From Chrysomallon squamiferum (Eukaryota; Animalia; Mollusca): a DNA stretch of 64,000 nt. The number at the start of each line of letters is the position of its first letter. The first letter of the stretch is position 1. The stretch lies in NCBI GenBank assembly GCA_012295275.1, contig CM022670.1:32054001-32118000 (forward strand), written 5' to 3'. A program made the translations under genes and the position numbers. The notes under the pieces are model-generated. The model was not told the DNA's origin. It saw nothing but the letters and a program-made list of their open reading frames with translations, and ran no database searches. This document shows positions 28,201 to 43,118 of this stretch, piece by piece.

Positions 28201-31200
28201 TAGACGTTTGCGTCAGTGATTGCGGTAGTTTTGGTTGTGATGGTTTTTATCAAAATGAGTGCTGGCAGTAACAGAAGGTACAACAGTATTAGTAACAGTT
28301 GTTAATTCTGACAGATATAGAAACAGAAAGGTTTACAGTACGATTAATTCAGCTGAGCTCTAAGAATGCGAAGTTTAGACATCTTTATTATTTTAACGAT
28401 CAACATATCTAACACAGAACCAAAGACTGAACTACCTGAACGAATAACCCATTTTGTACAAGCTAAAAACAAAGTGGCAGGTGCGATATGTATGTATTAT
28501 TTTCTTAACCATAAACTACTTAATAATTATCGGAGAAAAAATACAAGAAAGGTCAAATTAGGAACTGAAGTTCGTGCCCGAGAAAACATGGAGACCTACT
28601 TCAGCATAATAGTTAATCAATACTTATTTTTTTATTTTACTTTATTTTATATTAATTTTGGTTCCAAATATTTTTATAAACATTAGTTATTTGGCACCTC
28701 CCTTATCCCAACCATCATTTATAATTTGGATCCTTTCACTTAGCTTCCCTAACTCCCGTAAGCAACATTTTTCAATATGTAATAAACCAAAATCTAATTA
28801 AAACTTAATCACATATCGTGGCAGAGGTCACGGGAATGTCTTAGAGAGTCACGTGGACACTTTATCGTACACGGCGTGCACGGGTTTGATTTATGTTAAC
28901 TCTGAAACGCCGAAGCAATTTTCCAGATTACCTTGTAGATGGTCTAGGCATTCAATAGATGCTTTGCGATACGCATCTCCAAATTACTGTCACTTTAGAT
29001 AAAACATGGAAGTGAATTCCAGTTGGCAATGGGGCGTCCCTTTTGCAGCGTTGGCAACTTTCAACGCTTGTGCTGGCCATGAGCGGAAAGAAAATGAGAT
29101 TATGGATCTAACTCCTTACCAGTCTTTGCACCAGGCGTGAAGAATTATCTGTTGTTTGCACGTCTGTATGTCCTCTGTTCCTAAAGTTTTATTTTTTAAA
29201 TTTATTTACGAGACTTCTTCGAATCAAGGCTGGGATGCTGTGAATCACACAACTGCAGGATCAAATGTTCGCTGGTTTCAAATGCAGTTATCTGGATTTA
29301 GTTTCTGTTAATTGATTTATTAAATTTAATTATATGTACGTAATGCCATGTACACATACACATCCACACACACATCACACACACATACACACACACATAT
29401 GCACGTATACATATACGCATAGACACACACACACGTACACATAATTACTATATGGATTAAAAATATATAGCAAAATTTTAGTTTGAAGTTGTTCTTCAAG
29501 AATAAAACACATGTAAAATTAGAATGGCGAATATGACATGTGACATTAAAACAAATTAATAAAATTAACCAAAAAAAGAAACAAACAAACAAACTGGTCG
29601 GTAGATGTAGTATTATTACAAACAGTAAAGTACATTTTTTTCTTCTTTATTGTTATTATTTTTTGTTATTATTATTATTTATTACTGTTCTTGTTGTTTT
29701 GCTGTTGTTGTAGTTGCAGTTATTATTAATTATAATTAAAAGTAATAATAAAGACATAGTAATTATAATAACATTTTCATTTTGACGCTGCATAATAATA
29801 ATAATAATTTTTTTTTTCAATGACAAAACCAATGTAAAAATACCAAATTATAAAAGAAGACCTAACATTTGGGAAACCACACTTATTCATGAGGGTTTTT
29901 TTTTTTTTTTTTTTTTTGCACAAGTATTACCATCTATCTCATTTCTAATGTCTGGAAGCTGGGTTTTCTGAACTGTGTGTTGTTTGAACATGCTAACCTT
30001 TGCATGGAAAGGAAGACTAACACAGTATGTATGAGAAACACATAAGGAAACACGTTATTTCTACACGAATTGATTTCGTGTATATTCCTCATAAATATGT
30101 ACCTCGAGCGCTCATTAACACTGAAAACTTTTCCACAAGTTGTGGGTGGTCGGTCATCCGTACGGACAAACTGAACATATGGACAGACCAGCCGGCCTGT
30201 AAGTACAAGGTGTTGAATTATTTTCCCAGACCAAACGTACAAACTTGGACAACACCTCTAGCCATTTACACATACTGTTAATAGACAGCACTTGCTTGAA
30301 AAAAACATTTCTGACCAACATCGGGTCCAGTGTTTACAGACGAACGATAAACCTGATGATTAAGCTAAACAACACTTCATCTGGATCCATTAAAAATATA
30401 TAGGTGTGTGTATATATATATGTTCTAATGTGTGTGTGTTTCTTTCCCCCCTCTCTCTCTCTCTCTCTGTATATACAAAAGTGTACATGTCTGTGTACAG
30501 AAATATTTGTGATTTTTTCACTAGCTGTTAAATTTCAGCTCCTCATTAATGCTGTAAATATTTTATAGAAATAGCTGAAAAAAAAAAAAAAAGTAATAGA
30601 AAGATTCTCAATTCTCTCAAATAATACTGTAAAGACCCTTCAAAAAGCTTATGAGGAAAGGGACCATCAGTTTTAAGAAGCATTTCGCGATTGATCTGAA
30701 AATCCATTTGTTTTAACCTTTGCACCGGAGTCAGTACATGGACTGACGTAATTCTATGGCGACCTCATTTACAGAAATAAATTAACATCCATATATTTGT
30801 ACTGCATCACGATTTATACTTAGTGTGATGTTGAAATAGCCAACGACCGGTCACTTGTCGAGATAAATGATCAGACCACGCAGAGCAGTTTTTCTCGATC
30901 TTTCGTAGACAGGCCAATCATCGATTTTTATTTTTCTTCGCTCCTCAGTCTTTCCACCCTAGAGCTTTTTCATATCTAGGCCAGCTTGGCCTATTTCCGT
31001 TCAAAATGAACTGTCTGATTTGGCGCCAAATAGGTCATTTCTCAGCGAGTGTGGATTTACAACAGAATAGTGTTTTGTTAGGTTTTTTTCGGCAGACGGA
31101 TATAGAATACTCGGGGTGTGTTAGCTTCTAATGAGCTTTCACATTATTGACACTCGGCTGGCAATAATAAATACATGCCTTCCAACTTGTTTGTATTAGT

Positions 31201-31485
31201 GTTGTTTGTAACGCCGAAAACTCGTTCTCCTACCAGTTTATTTTGTATTCGACGTGAATACGTTCAGAAGGCCCTCAAGGCACTTTTAATCATCCTGACA
31301 CATATAGGTATGTGGTGAAAATAAAATCGACAGATCTTCGCTTTTTAAAACATGAACCGACAGCGGCAGATCCAGAGGGTGAAGGGTAGACACCCATCTT
31401 TTCTCTTCATCAGTCAACAGAGGCGTTTCGTGGAACCTTCATTATTTGTAACAAAATCTATACCTCCTCTCTTTCACAGTCTCAT

Positions 31486-31487
<2 letters not shown>

Positions 31488-31525
<38 letters not shown>

Positions 31526-31572
31526 ACACATACACACACACATATACGCACACACACATATACGCACACACA

Positions 31573-31624
<52 letters not shown>
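31488..31624. repeat. Interrupted (CA)n microsatellite
   Basis: Directly visible. Confidence 0.97.
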
Positions 31625-31627
<3 letters not shown>

Positions 31628-31741
31628 ACCCATCTCATTATGGAGACTATATGACATGTACATACAGTACATTATAAACTAAAATTATTATTCAGTCCTC
31701 CGGAGAAATAGCAATGATATGAAGTGAATACGATATGAAGT

Positions 31742-31950
31742 TAATTATTATTTTTCTTCCTTTCAGTGTATGGGTTAAATTACAAATTACACTGAAAATC
31801 CCGGTACCCAATGCGTTAGCCTATTTTCCATTCCTATGTCTATGATACGCGCTTTCCTTTGGGAAAGGGTAACAGTCTACAATAAGTTGTTTCCATAAGA
31901 AAAAAAAAGGACTGAATTCTTATGACCTTTTGTGTCTTATAGGAAAAATT
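31742..31950 (+). repeat. ~210-bp direct repeat, copy 1
   Basis: Aligns to 33922-34124 and shares an identical 43-mer, ttcctttgggaaagggtaacagtctacaataagttgtttccat. Confidence 0.9.
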
Positions 31951-32439
31951 CATTTGTGGATTGGTGGAAACGGGTTTCCTCTCATATTATCATTAATCAA
32001 AAACTACGTTTGACATTGATAACTGTTCATATTAAACAGTGTTGTTCAAATTTATATTATTTAGTTTATTTAGTTTATTTTATTGTCATATTTTACCACA
32101 AGGTTATGGATATTTCAAATGGTACTGGAAAAAAACAAAAATGAATCAAGCAATGCATTCGCGAATAAGAAAAACATCTGAAAAATAGCAAACCCCAGAT
32201 GTTGATCGACTTCTGTACCTCAGTTTAATATTTCACTTCATCAACAAATCTTTTGGGCTCGTATTGCTCAAACACGAGAAGTCAAAACGGAAATACTATA
32301 AAATTCTCTCGTTGCTATCATAATTATTTACTACGTACTTTTAAAGAAATTTTTAACTCTTTGACGGCGTATCAGTAACAAAGAAAGTTCATGTTAACAG
32401 TGAGTATGCGAGTTCGTATTCCCTGATTCCGATAATTAA

Positions 32440-33310
32440 TCATGAAAATAGGATACGGAGATATCAAATTGAAAATCGGTTACGGGTACAGCATATAATT
32501 AATAAAAAGATTAATCCCATAGTTACTGTAGTGAAGGTTTTCTTCATATTAATTTTGCAGTAATTCTGGTATTACTATCAACCGTAAACTAGAAATGAAT
32601 TCAGTGTCATCACTCATTGTTCTTACTGTGGCTTAAACATTATGGTATCAAGCTGAAAATCGGTAACATATAGTTGACACGTTTTGTCTGTAGTTACTTA
32701 CTATTCTTAAATCTTTGTCATAATCATCAAGTCTAGACTTTAAATTAGCTTACTGAGATGATTTCATTATTCAAACCAGTGTCAGAAAAATAGAGAGATT
32801 ATGATACTAGTTTGAAAATCAGGTAGTAGTATATATTAAAAAGTTTATTTCAGAAATTAGTACACAGGTAATCTTCGAATTTGTATTGTTTTTGTAACGA
32901 TCACCACGTACAGATTACAAATTAACTTACTCCCGTTCATTCATAGTTCTTGTTATTAGGGAGTTATATCAAACTGGAAAATGGTAACACATACTTAGCA
33001 AATTAGATATATTATTTCTGTTGTTACTGATGCATTGGGTTTTTTTTTTTTGTTTGGTTTTTTTTGTAGTTTTTTTTTTTGTGTGTGTGTGTGTGTGTAC
33101 TTTATCTTTAAACTGATTAGGTTACTATTGCTGATTCTTTTTAAGGTTAAACATTTATATCGTTGAAAATCAGTAACACATAGTTTCGCATATCAGAACA
33201 GTTTATTTGTAGTCATTCTTCAAATGTGTCACGACAAAATATAGACAATAAATTAACTTACTGACATTCAGTCACTGTTCTTATTTTGGTTAAAAAAAAG
33301 TTATGAATAT
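32440..33310. repeat. Highly degenerate tandem satellite, ~160-190 bp unit, ~5 copies
   Basis: Anchor tatc..tgaaaatc(g/a)gtaaca recurs at ~32471, 32655, 32814, 32977 and 33165; a second anchor aattaacttact...ttctt recurs at ~32742, 32920 and 33251. Confidence 0.7.
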
Positions 33311-33921
33311 TTTTAACACGTAGGTCATTTTATCCATATTAATGAACACCTGACATGCAATATCAAAGTAAATCATTATAATTATATTTATAACAAAATG
33401 GGACCAGAACATTTCTCTCACACAAACTTAAAGATAAGTTCCAGATCTTAAAACATTTCATTTTCTTGTTGTGTTTTTATAACGATTAATCTTCAGTGGT
33501 TCCATATTCCAGAAGGAGAGCCTAAATCTTAATGAATATAAGCAGACAATAAATAAAGTGAGACCATACAGAACTAATCTGATGGATGGGAGATGGAAGA
33601 AAGATTATCTCGCTGACACTTGATAGTCTGATATTTTGATCCATCCATGACATTCACCAGTTGCTAAATAAATAATATGCTGTATTCTGTCGCATAGCTC
33701 GAGACAAATGCCTGTTTAATAACAAGAACATACATATTTCCTGCCCACATTATGTTAATTACTATTAGTCATAACTTTAACAGTCATATAAATAAAAAAA
33801 TAAGCGAAAGATCGTAAATGCATAAAACATTAAAAAAAAAAAAAAAAAAGAAAAAGTTGTTGCATGCTGTTTACCTGTTCTGAATGCACATGCTCAATCT
33901 ATACGGAAATATTACAGTACA

Positions 33922-34124
33922 TAATTATGTTTTCTTCCTTTCACTGTATGGGTTAAATAAGAATTTATACTGAAAACCCCAGTACTCAGTGCGTTAGCCT
34001 ATTTCTCATTCCACTGTCTATGATATGCGCCTTCCTTTGGGAAAGGGTAACAGTCTACAATAAGTTGTTTCCATTAGAAAAAAGACTTAATACATATGGC
34101 TTTTTGTTTCTTATAGGAAAAATT
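33922..34124 (+). repeat. ~210-bp direct repeat, copy 2
   Basis: Aligns to 31742-31950. Confidence 0.9.
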
Positions 34125-35499
34125 TTATATTTGTATATTACCATTTTGCGAAGCTTTGCCCCATTTCTCCTCATTTTTTAAAATTAATTTAATATTTATT
34201 TATTTATTCATAAAACAGAGAAAAAATGGGGCCACGCTTCGCAAAAATGAAATACACGAACACACACACACACACACACACTCAGAGATCGGGGTCGATC
34301 CTTCACAGAAAGGGGATACACAAATGTATAATTAATTGTAAGAGTATGGGCGGCAATGCGGGTGGTAATAAAAGATGTTACTGGCACCAAGCCTCGTTAT
34401 ACACAGGTAATTAGAGATTAAGATAAAACTGAAAAGAAGCAGTGTTGGAAATAGGAAACGGTCAGCCAGAGATGACACAGAAATAATAATAATCTGTAAG
34501 TAAGCTAATGGGAGACGAGTGGACGCTTTCAAACACAAACGACGACGGCCATAATGAACCACTGTGACGAGAACACAATAGGGTCAAACCAATTGAATTA
34601 CAGAAATCATGAAGCGTGTCTCGTTTCAATTCTACAAATACACATACCTATTAGATTCGGACCCTTAGGACCAAAACGATAGATGAACAGAAGCAGTAAT
34701 GAAAATGTGTTAATATGAGGTTCACATTTGTGAATATTTGACCGTAATCATGATAAGGGAGAGGAAAAAAGAAAAAAAGATTAGTCAAGCATGGATAAAC
34801 GTAAATCGTTTTTTGTTCCTATCAACAGACGAGTCATCTGTTTTATTCCCATCTACTGAGCGAGAGAATTGAAAGATTTTTCCATCATCTTCCGTCGGAA
34901 TAACACATTTTTAACAATGGTTATAATTAGATGATGAAGGATATAAATGGTTAAACTTGATTACTTATTTGTACGCATGTTGCCCAGTATAGTAAATAAA
35001 ATACGTCAAAGGATACATTTAATTATTATCTGAACGTGCTATCTTATCTCGATCTAAATCAATTATTCTAATACATCCCTGCTGTTTTCCTGTCAGTTTT
35101 CTTACTGTTGCGGTTAAAAAAAAAAGAACCCCCCAAAACCACACACACACACATTAACAAATGATAAACAAAATAAAAATAGAACAATAGAAACCAAACA
35201 ATAGTTATTTTTCAATCGTATTATTTTTCAGTTTTAAGTTTCGTAGAAGAGTCTTGTGTAGTTAGATGAAAACATTTTGTTGATGAAAGATAAAACAAAC
35301 TAACTGTCAGATGAAAAACTGAATAACTAAGTGAATACATTAATGGCTTTTTGTTTTTAAACACAGACAACTAGTTTCAATGCTAAAATCATTAGCTGTC
35401 AATCATTTAGGTTTTTGTATAATGATGTTATAATTCCCTAGACTTTATTATCAACTGACAATGGTAGGATAAACAGGTATACTCATACTAAGCCTTTAA

Positions 35500-35650
35500 T
35501 AAATTAGTCTGATGATGAATAATGATATGACAGAGAGGAAACCCGCTGTCGCCAGTACAGATGTTAGCAGTGTCTTTTAATAACTTTCTCATAGACAACA
35601 GCAATCCACATAACAAGGGTACTGTTTGTAATGCGAAGTAACACACAGCG
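35500..35650 (-). mobile_element. Decayed SINE fragment (family shared with 38595, 44190, 49340, 50100, 61528)
   Basis: gagaggaaacccgctgtcgcca (35533-35554) is the reverse complement of the segment that follows agtagccca in the plus-strand copies. Confidence 0.55.
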
Positions 35651-36101
35651 AACGTTTACTTACCTTTTAATATATATTTACTGATGAATATATGGTGCTA
35701 AGACACACACATTTATATCATACATACATTGTATATACATATCGTACAGCGTTTTTGTTATGATGCGGTCATCATATTCAAAAATAACTTCTCTAATGTG
35801 TTAAAGTATATTTGTCACCGACTATTTATTACTATGAAAATATCATCGATAATGGAAATTATATTCTACGATAGTGAAATATAGGTGACATACAGATTAT
35901 CTAGCAGTAGCACACCTGTCTGTTTTACCTGCTTCTGTGCGCGTAGAATTTCTCTTCTTAAAATTGTTTGGCTAGTTCGATTATTTTTAAATTTCTCTCG
36001 TTCAGTTGTTAAATACAAACTGCCGGTTACTTTTCCAGTGACATATAAATCCATTAATACAAAACACTTAGGCAGAAAGATACAGATACAGACACAGAAA
36101 C

Positions 36102-36103
<2 letters not shown>

Positions 36104-36188
<85 letters not shown>
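36104..36188. repeat. (GA)n microsatellite
   Basis: Directly visible. Confidence 0.98.
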
Positions 36189-36191
<3 letters not shown>

Positions 36192-36729
36192 TAAACTATT
36201 TTATCTGAAAGAAATTAAATTAGGCACAGAAGACAATGATGTTCGTAAATGGAAAAGAATATTTCTATTACAAAGGCTATATGCAATTGGTTCTAAATTT
36301 AGCTTCGTTTAGAAAAAATAATTTTCACCTTGTCTGTTTGTATAATCGTGTCATAAAAGTGATAATTACGACAAAAGCTGTAAGACCATTATTAAATACC
36401 AATAATTTAGATCCCAATAAAATAATAATTACAGAAAGTGCGAATTACGCAAGGTTCCCACTCGGCAAGATACGCCGTGCGAATGACGGACGCATACCTC
36501 GCCTGCAGCCTGCACAGTTTTACCTTTGACACATTAATTGGGTTCGACACGAGTCAAAGAGGCCCGCGGGGAAGCTGAAGGCAGAACGTGGAGCTAAAAG
36601 CACGCATGCGTGAAGAGGCGCGTGCAAAGCGTGATTACTTTGCGTTTTTGGCGATTAGAAATTAGATGCCCGAAATAAATATTACTCCTCAAGCTTAATT
36701 TCTGAATTCTTTTGATTAGATAATGAAAT

Positions 36730-36732
<3 letters not shown>

Positions 36733-36793
<61 letters not shown>
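36733..36793. repeat. (GA)n microsatellite
   Basis: Directly visible. Confidence 0.98.
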
Positions 36794-36795
<2 letters not shown>

Positions 36796-38594
36796 GAACA
36801 TTAATGGATGAAATCTATCTTAAATCTGTTCATTTAGAATTTAAATGGTGAAATCTTTTATTAAGTTAATAATTGTATCAAGTGAAAAATGTCACGCATC
36901 TCTTTTGTCACCAGTGTACGATATAATATGTGTATCGACCATAGTCTACACTAATCCGTTAAAAGATTTTTCACAAGCACACCTAAAAGAGGAGATCTGG
37001 TTTGGAATTGGAAATAACCAGTAAAGGCACTAAGAAGGATCGTACCTGTGACCATCATACCTCTAACAACTATATCACAGTCTTAAAAAAAAAAAAAAAA
37101 AAAAATCAGTGGGTTACAAATAGACCCTGAAATTACAAAGACTCAAATTTTACTGCTCGTTACAGCTGAAACATAAAAAGTATTATTAAACTTGACTAAA
37201 ATGTTTATAATATTTTTATTTCCAATACGAATACTAACGGAAATAATCTTTAAAAAAAAAAATATAAAAAAATCGGGATCTGAATAACAGTATGTTACTG
37301 GAATTATTCGGAACGTAATTATTATACGTTTAATAAATTACCTTATATTTCTGAGTACCATATGAACGCGAACAGATGTTTAATGTATGCCACAAACGAA
37401 CAATTAAACAATCTATTTATTATGCTTTGCTGTGTAAAGCCATTAGCTTTTTATTTTTATTTTTGTTCTTATCATATTACTGGATTTGTGTACGTGACAC
37501 AGAAATGTAGACCAATATAATTACTTACAACACGCACAAACCCTTTTATCAATATTTTCATAGCATTACTGTTGCTGCTGTGATGACACTGGTTGCTGCT
37601 GCTGTGGTGGTAGTGGTTGTTGTTATTGTTACTCCTATTATTGTTATTGTTGTATTGTTATTGTTTTTATTTACTTGGGACCTGAAGAAACCTTATTTTG
37701 TTTATTATTTTTAAGCATAATAGTTTGCCTTTCAATCAATATTTTTTTACTGCTTCTAATTCTTATTAAAATTCAGTCTATACTTCCATGTTTTAAAAAC
37801 ATAAAATGATTATTTCGACTTTTTTTTTCTTTTTTCTTTAAACAAAAATCCCTAAGGTAACAAAAATGATCAGTAAATGTGTGAATGAGGTTGAGTGGGG
37901 TTAAACTGACTTAAAATATCTCAGCAATTTCCATTAAATGTTATTAATTATGCAAGCCGCTAGCGACCGTCACAACACATCAAAACCAAACTGTGTCATA
38001 TTTGTATACTTATGTAGATTAGTGACAGTAATAAATACACTTTCTGGGTCATGTTTAGTCACTTCCGCTTGCCAGCTTAACGATTCAGGTGGATTATCGA
38101 TCTGTCAATTACCGTGACCTACCTACATACATAAAACTCCGAAATGAAAGCTTGCTTTTTAAATGTTGTAATTCGCCCTGTTGTTTGTGTTTGTAGTCCA
38201 AATAAGTAAATGTCCTTATTAGTTTTTTCTATTTAGGATTTACTTTACTCTCCGGAACTGCTCGCGGAAACTTTGTATCGTATTTCTAATTAGAAATCAA
38301 TATTAAGTTCAACCTATTTGGCAAACATTCAGGTTAGTTCTGGGGTAGTTATATAACACTTCTGTAGTTGTCTTTTTTTCCCGTTAAATATTGATCTTGA
38401 AGGTCTAAAAGATCTCCCTTTTAGATATAAAATAAAATAGAAATGGCAGTGAAAACAATAGTTGTGAAAATCCCTATAATCCTGTGTTCATATTGATACT
38501 GAAGCCATAGCAAAGTAAATTTTAATAATAATAACAACAACAACAATAATAATACTTGTATAATGAATGTATACTTCGTACTGTAACACAAAGG

Positions 38595-38900
38595 ACAGAT
38601 AAAGCAGTCTGATATTCACGACTTAACTGTTGGTCATAGGATCAGTCCTCCTCTTCACATCAGTTGGAATATTTGCTATTCCAGCCATCGCCCACAAACC
38701 GTGAATCAAACGCTACGTTTGTAAATACACAATAAAGGATTCCTAGCTGCTAAAATGAAAAAAAAAAAAAAAAAAAAAAATTAAAGAAAAAGGTAGTCCA
38801 CGGTGGCACAAGTTTCTTCTCTTAAGCTTTCAGTATAAAATCATGTCTGTCATTTAACCACAGTTAAGATAAAAATGTAAGCGATGTAGTTTAACATGTA
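38595..38900 (+). mobile_element. Decayed near-full-length SINE copy
   Basis: Ordered motifs aggatcagtcc, ttccagcca, ataaaggattcctagctgctaa, ggtagtcca, gtggcac..gtttcttctc, in the same order as the 44190 and 49340 copies. Confidence 0.55.
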
Positions 38901-41559
38901 TTCATTCAGTTCCTAGGAAGTTACAGAAGTCAGTTGGGATGGAAAATAAGTTCAAAACTCTAAATGATAAGTTAGAAGGTTAAGCGTGAATGTTGTAAAA
39001 TTATCGGGTAAGAGTACGGTAGCAATACAGTGGATTAATAAATAAGTAAGTCAGAACTGTTCACTTTCTGGTTTGGGTGGTATCGGAGAATTCCATTTGT
39101 TGTTCTTGATAAAACTACAGTTAGCCCGATACAGCATGTAATGCATGTCTGAATAAATCAATATGTGCTTAACATATTTTATTTAATATCTGTTATTCTT
39201 TCACAAACATATTAACTATAATCGTATAAATATTTATAATTTGATATACAAAATATCTGATAAACGTGTGTTTATTCTATCATACACGGATTATTAAAAG
39301 CTGCTTGGCAAGTATATAGACTTCTTGTTGAATACATTGGCATAAATAGAGCTAAGTGCAGAAGTGTAAAACATACAAAACTACCAACAACAGTATATGA
39401 AGATCTCAAACTTTTCACTCGTACGGTTTATTCACAGAGACCGACAGCGGAGTAGCCCGTTCAGCTAACACAATATTTATTCATTAATTTTAGTTCCATC
39501 TAAAATGGCAAGCAAATATTAACATCATTTCTGTGAACACTCCCGTGTTTTATTGGCCTTCGAGATTAAACGTTTCTTTCGACATTTTTCATCTTGAATG
39601 GGTACAGTGTTGGAGAGGAACACCGACTGTGTATGTCTGAAGGCTTAATTTACCTAAAAGGATGTCTTCCTTATATAATATACTTCTGATATACAATACA
39701 CCAAATACTAAAACCGACTTGATGAAAGATATTCGATATCTTTCCTACAACTACTGACACACCGCTTGTAAATGTCTTTAGTTAGCGCCAAACACGGAAA
39801 TGTTTTCAAATTTAAGTGTCATTGACTGGATGATACCGATGTCACAAATCAGCTGTACTGACCATCAATAACATCTTTCACAAGTTCAGTGAACGTTGAG
39901 TAGTACAGTTAATATTTAAAATACTGACATAATTAATTAGAAAGTCACGAAGTGCTGTACTGTTCCTATAATGTTAAGATTGTGTTTCAGTTCTGCAAAA
40001 TTGAATTATTTTACAAAAATAATTATTAATAATATAATAAATCTATAACACAGTATAAAAAATAATATCTAAAAACAGTAAAATCATATTCATACCAAAT
40101 TAATATTTCTCTCCATGAAAACCATAACAGTTTTATTTTATTTTTCTTTAATTTAACTTTAATAAAACGACAAGAATTTCTTTCAAATTTGAACTTGTGA
40201 AACGATTCCAATTTTGTTTTTATTATTATTTTCTACACTGCGCATTTTCTTTCTGGAAATCACACAGACCAAGCCAACAGGTTGCACGTTCCTGCCAGTC
40301 GTGGCCAATGTATCTCACAGACAGGTAGGTGCGTAGCCAGCATTCACGACGTTTCCAGTCGACTAACACAGCTAGTTGTTTGGGTCATGACCCTCGCTCA
40401 GCATGCAGAAGGAGGCGATCGCAGATAAAACAGACTTCACCTGGCCAGGTATTGGCAGGTGCCCCATGAACTCATTTGACCTGCAGACACTTGCAGTTTC
40501 GGATTGCCACATTTTACACGATTTTTCTTGTAACGTGCCCCAGTTTTTTCAACGCAGCTTGAACCACCTGACAGACAGCGAGTTATGCAACATCGATGTT
40601 TCGTTTTTCGCTAATTCTGCGGAGTACTGAGAAATATGTTTGTTTGTATATAGCGTCACGCACTCAGCTGGTGAATGCGCGCGTGCTAGCACGTATTATG
40701 CAAGTGATAGCGTGCGTGTAGACATTTTTCAGTTTTGTGGGGGTTTTCTTGATTAGACATCCAGTACTTTTTTAACTTCAAAGCTTCCTCCAAACAAATC
40801 ATGATTATTGAGTAAATAAATAAATAAATCACAATCCGATACAGATTTATTTCTTCGTTCACGCCAATGGTGTGCATGGGTGTTTACTCGTTTAAATACA
40901 CGTGTACTCTTGTAGAAATCATATACATGTATTCCCTTTCCACGTCTTCTCGTGTTTAGTTACATATTTTCTTTAATGTCAAAATTAATATAATCATCAG
41001 TTCGTTATCATCCATGTTCAAAGTACTGAAGCCATGTACACTCAATGGGAGTGGGTTTTATCTCAGTCACACGGCATAGACCCGAATCAGGAGTGTTCCC
41101 AGATCTGATCTCCTCAGTTCTCCTGTTCCGCTATATCTCGCTCCACCCAGTAATTCTTTTCTGTCTTATCAAAAGGTCGTTACACGTTTGTGTTTTATTT
41201 ATTTATTTATTTAAATTTTCCTCTGTATATGGGTACATGTACCTAAAAAGTTTCCTACTGCATAACGGTTTCGGGTTTCCTTTCTATTTATTCATTGGCC
41301 TTAAATGATGCACTATAAGTTAACGATGAAATTAACAAATTTAAATATTAAGTAAATATTTCCTCCATTATTTGCCAAACAGAGAAATAAAACATTTTCA
41401 TTTACTGAATCTGTATTTTTATTTTCGCACTTTGATGGAAAAAAAAATAAAATTAAAAATTAAAAAAAAAAAAAATAAATAATTAGCTAAATAAAAAATA
41501 TAAATAATTTTATATACGTACTGTTATTATTTTAAAGAAAAGGACTGTATATCGATGAG

Positions 41560-41700
41560 ACGTGTAAGATAGCAGGATCAACCCTTCTTAAGGAATTCTT
41601 TGGAGATATCTTGCCACAGTTATTTGCCGTGACATGATGTTCTGTTTACGAGAAGGTGTGTATAAAGATCCCATGCTGGATCTACAAGCCAAGACAGGTT
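41560..41700 (+). mobile_element. Decayed SINE fragment
   Basis: aggatcaaccc ... gaaggtgtgtataaagatcccatgctg resembles 38731-38752 and 49440-49463. Confidence 0.45.
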
Positions 41701-42981
41701 TTACAGTCGCGAATAGTATCACAAGCAGAGATTTAGAGTAGAATATTTCATTCTCTTTGTCATTTAAAACTTGGTCTTTTTTTTGTTCGATTCATAATTA
41801 CAGAAATTTGATTTTCATGAGACAAATATTATTTAATAGCACAATATTTAATCGTCTTAGTTTATAAGTAATGGCTCAGCGAATTATTTATTTCAAGCTC
41901 AAATATATTTGCCATTTGTGTTGAAAGTATCTAATATAGCAACATAAAGGCAAGCAAAATATTCATGAAATTTTGGTTCTTACTAAATCATGTCGTTTCT
42001 CGAAATAATTTATCCTCGTTTTGGTAATAAAATAGTTCATCAGGCCAGTGTATTGGGGTATTATTAAATTAGATTTACGTTTTATGTTTTATTTCACAAA
42101 GCTTTATCCATCGAATCTCTTTGGCAAAGCACTGTTCGCTGGTTCAAATAAAAACGAACTTTTCACTTTGTCGCCTTATTAAGAAAAGGTCGCAAGTGAC
42201 ATTTCAAAAGTTTTCAGAAAAAATCAGTGTAAAGCATATTTAACAATTCCTGTAGAATCAAAATGACCGTGAAGGCGTTATTTAACATCTAAGAAGATGA
42301 ATAATTTAGGTGCCATCACTAAATAATCAAATATAACAGCAATAGTTCTGGCGCAATTCTCACTCACACCTTTCTTAATAAAATGATGACTAAGCAAGTT
42401 AATTAGCATATAAATATTTCACACGTGTACTTTATAATTGTATTGACAGTCATTTCAGTTCAAAGGCTGTAGAAAAATTGGTTACATTTTGATTAACATA
42501 AAATGTTGTATTGCCCGCAGGCAGTCCAGATCACTGGCCTTAATCTATGCCACCATAATATACCCATACATACATTAAAGAATCTCCCAGCGGACATTGG
42601 TGTTGACTTTTAGGTGATTGTCCTGTAGTACACAACACGTATGATTATAACAATTTGTCTGACGTTGTTTTTGCATCCTAATTTTTACTGTCCTTATGCC
42701 AATAAAATGCAGCCAACCGTTTCAGTGACAACAAAAATAGTGTTTCTCTGACGAAGAGAAAGCTAAGTCATTAACATTTTGTTGACTCCGGTTGGAAAGA
42801 CAACAATGGATGTTGTGATACTTAAAACAATATTGCATTATAAATGGTAATTACTGTAATTCTTCCAAATAGCCCCGAGGTCGTATTTATTAAAAGAGGG
42901 TCAGTGCATTCAGTACCGCAGTGTGGTGAGAATGTGTTTGTATGTGATTGTCGTTTTCACAAACGATATAAAACCCACACA

Positions 42982-43118
<137 letters not shown>

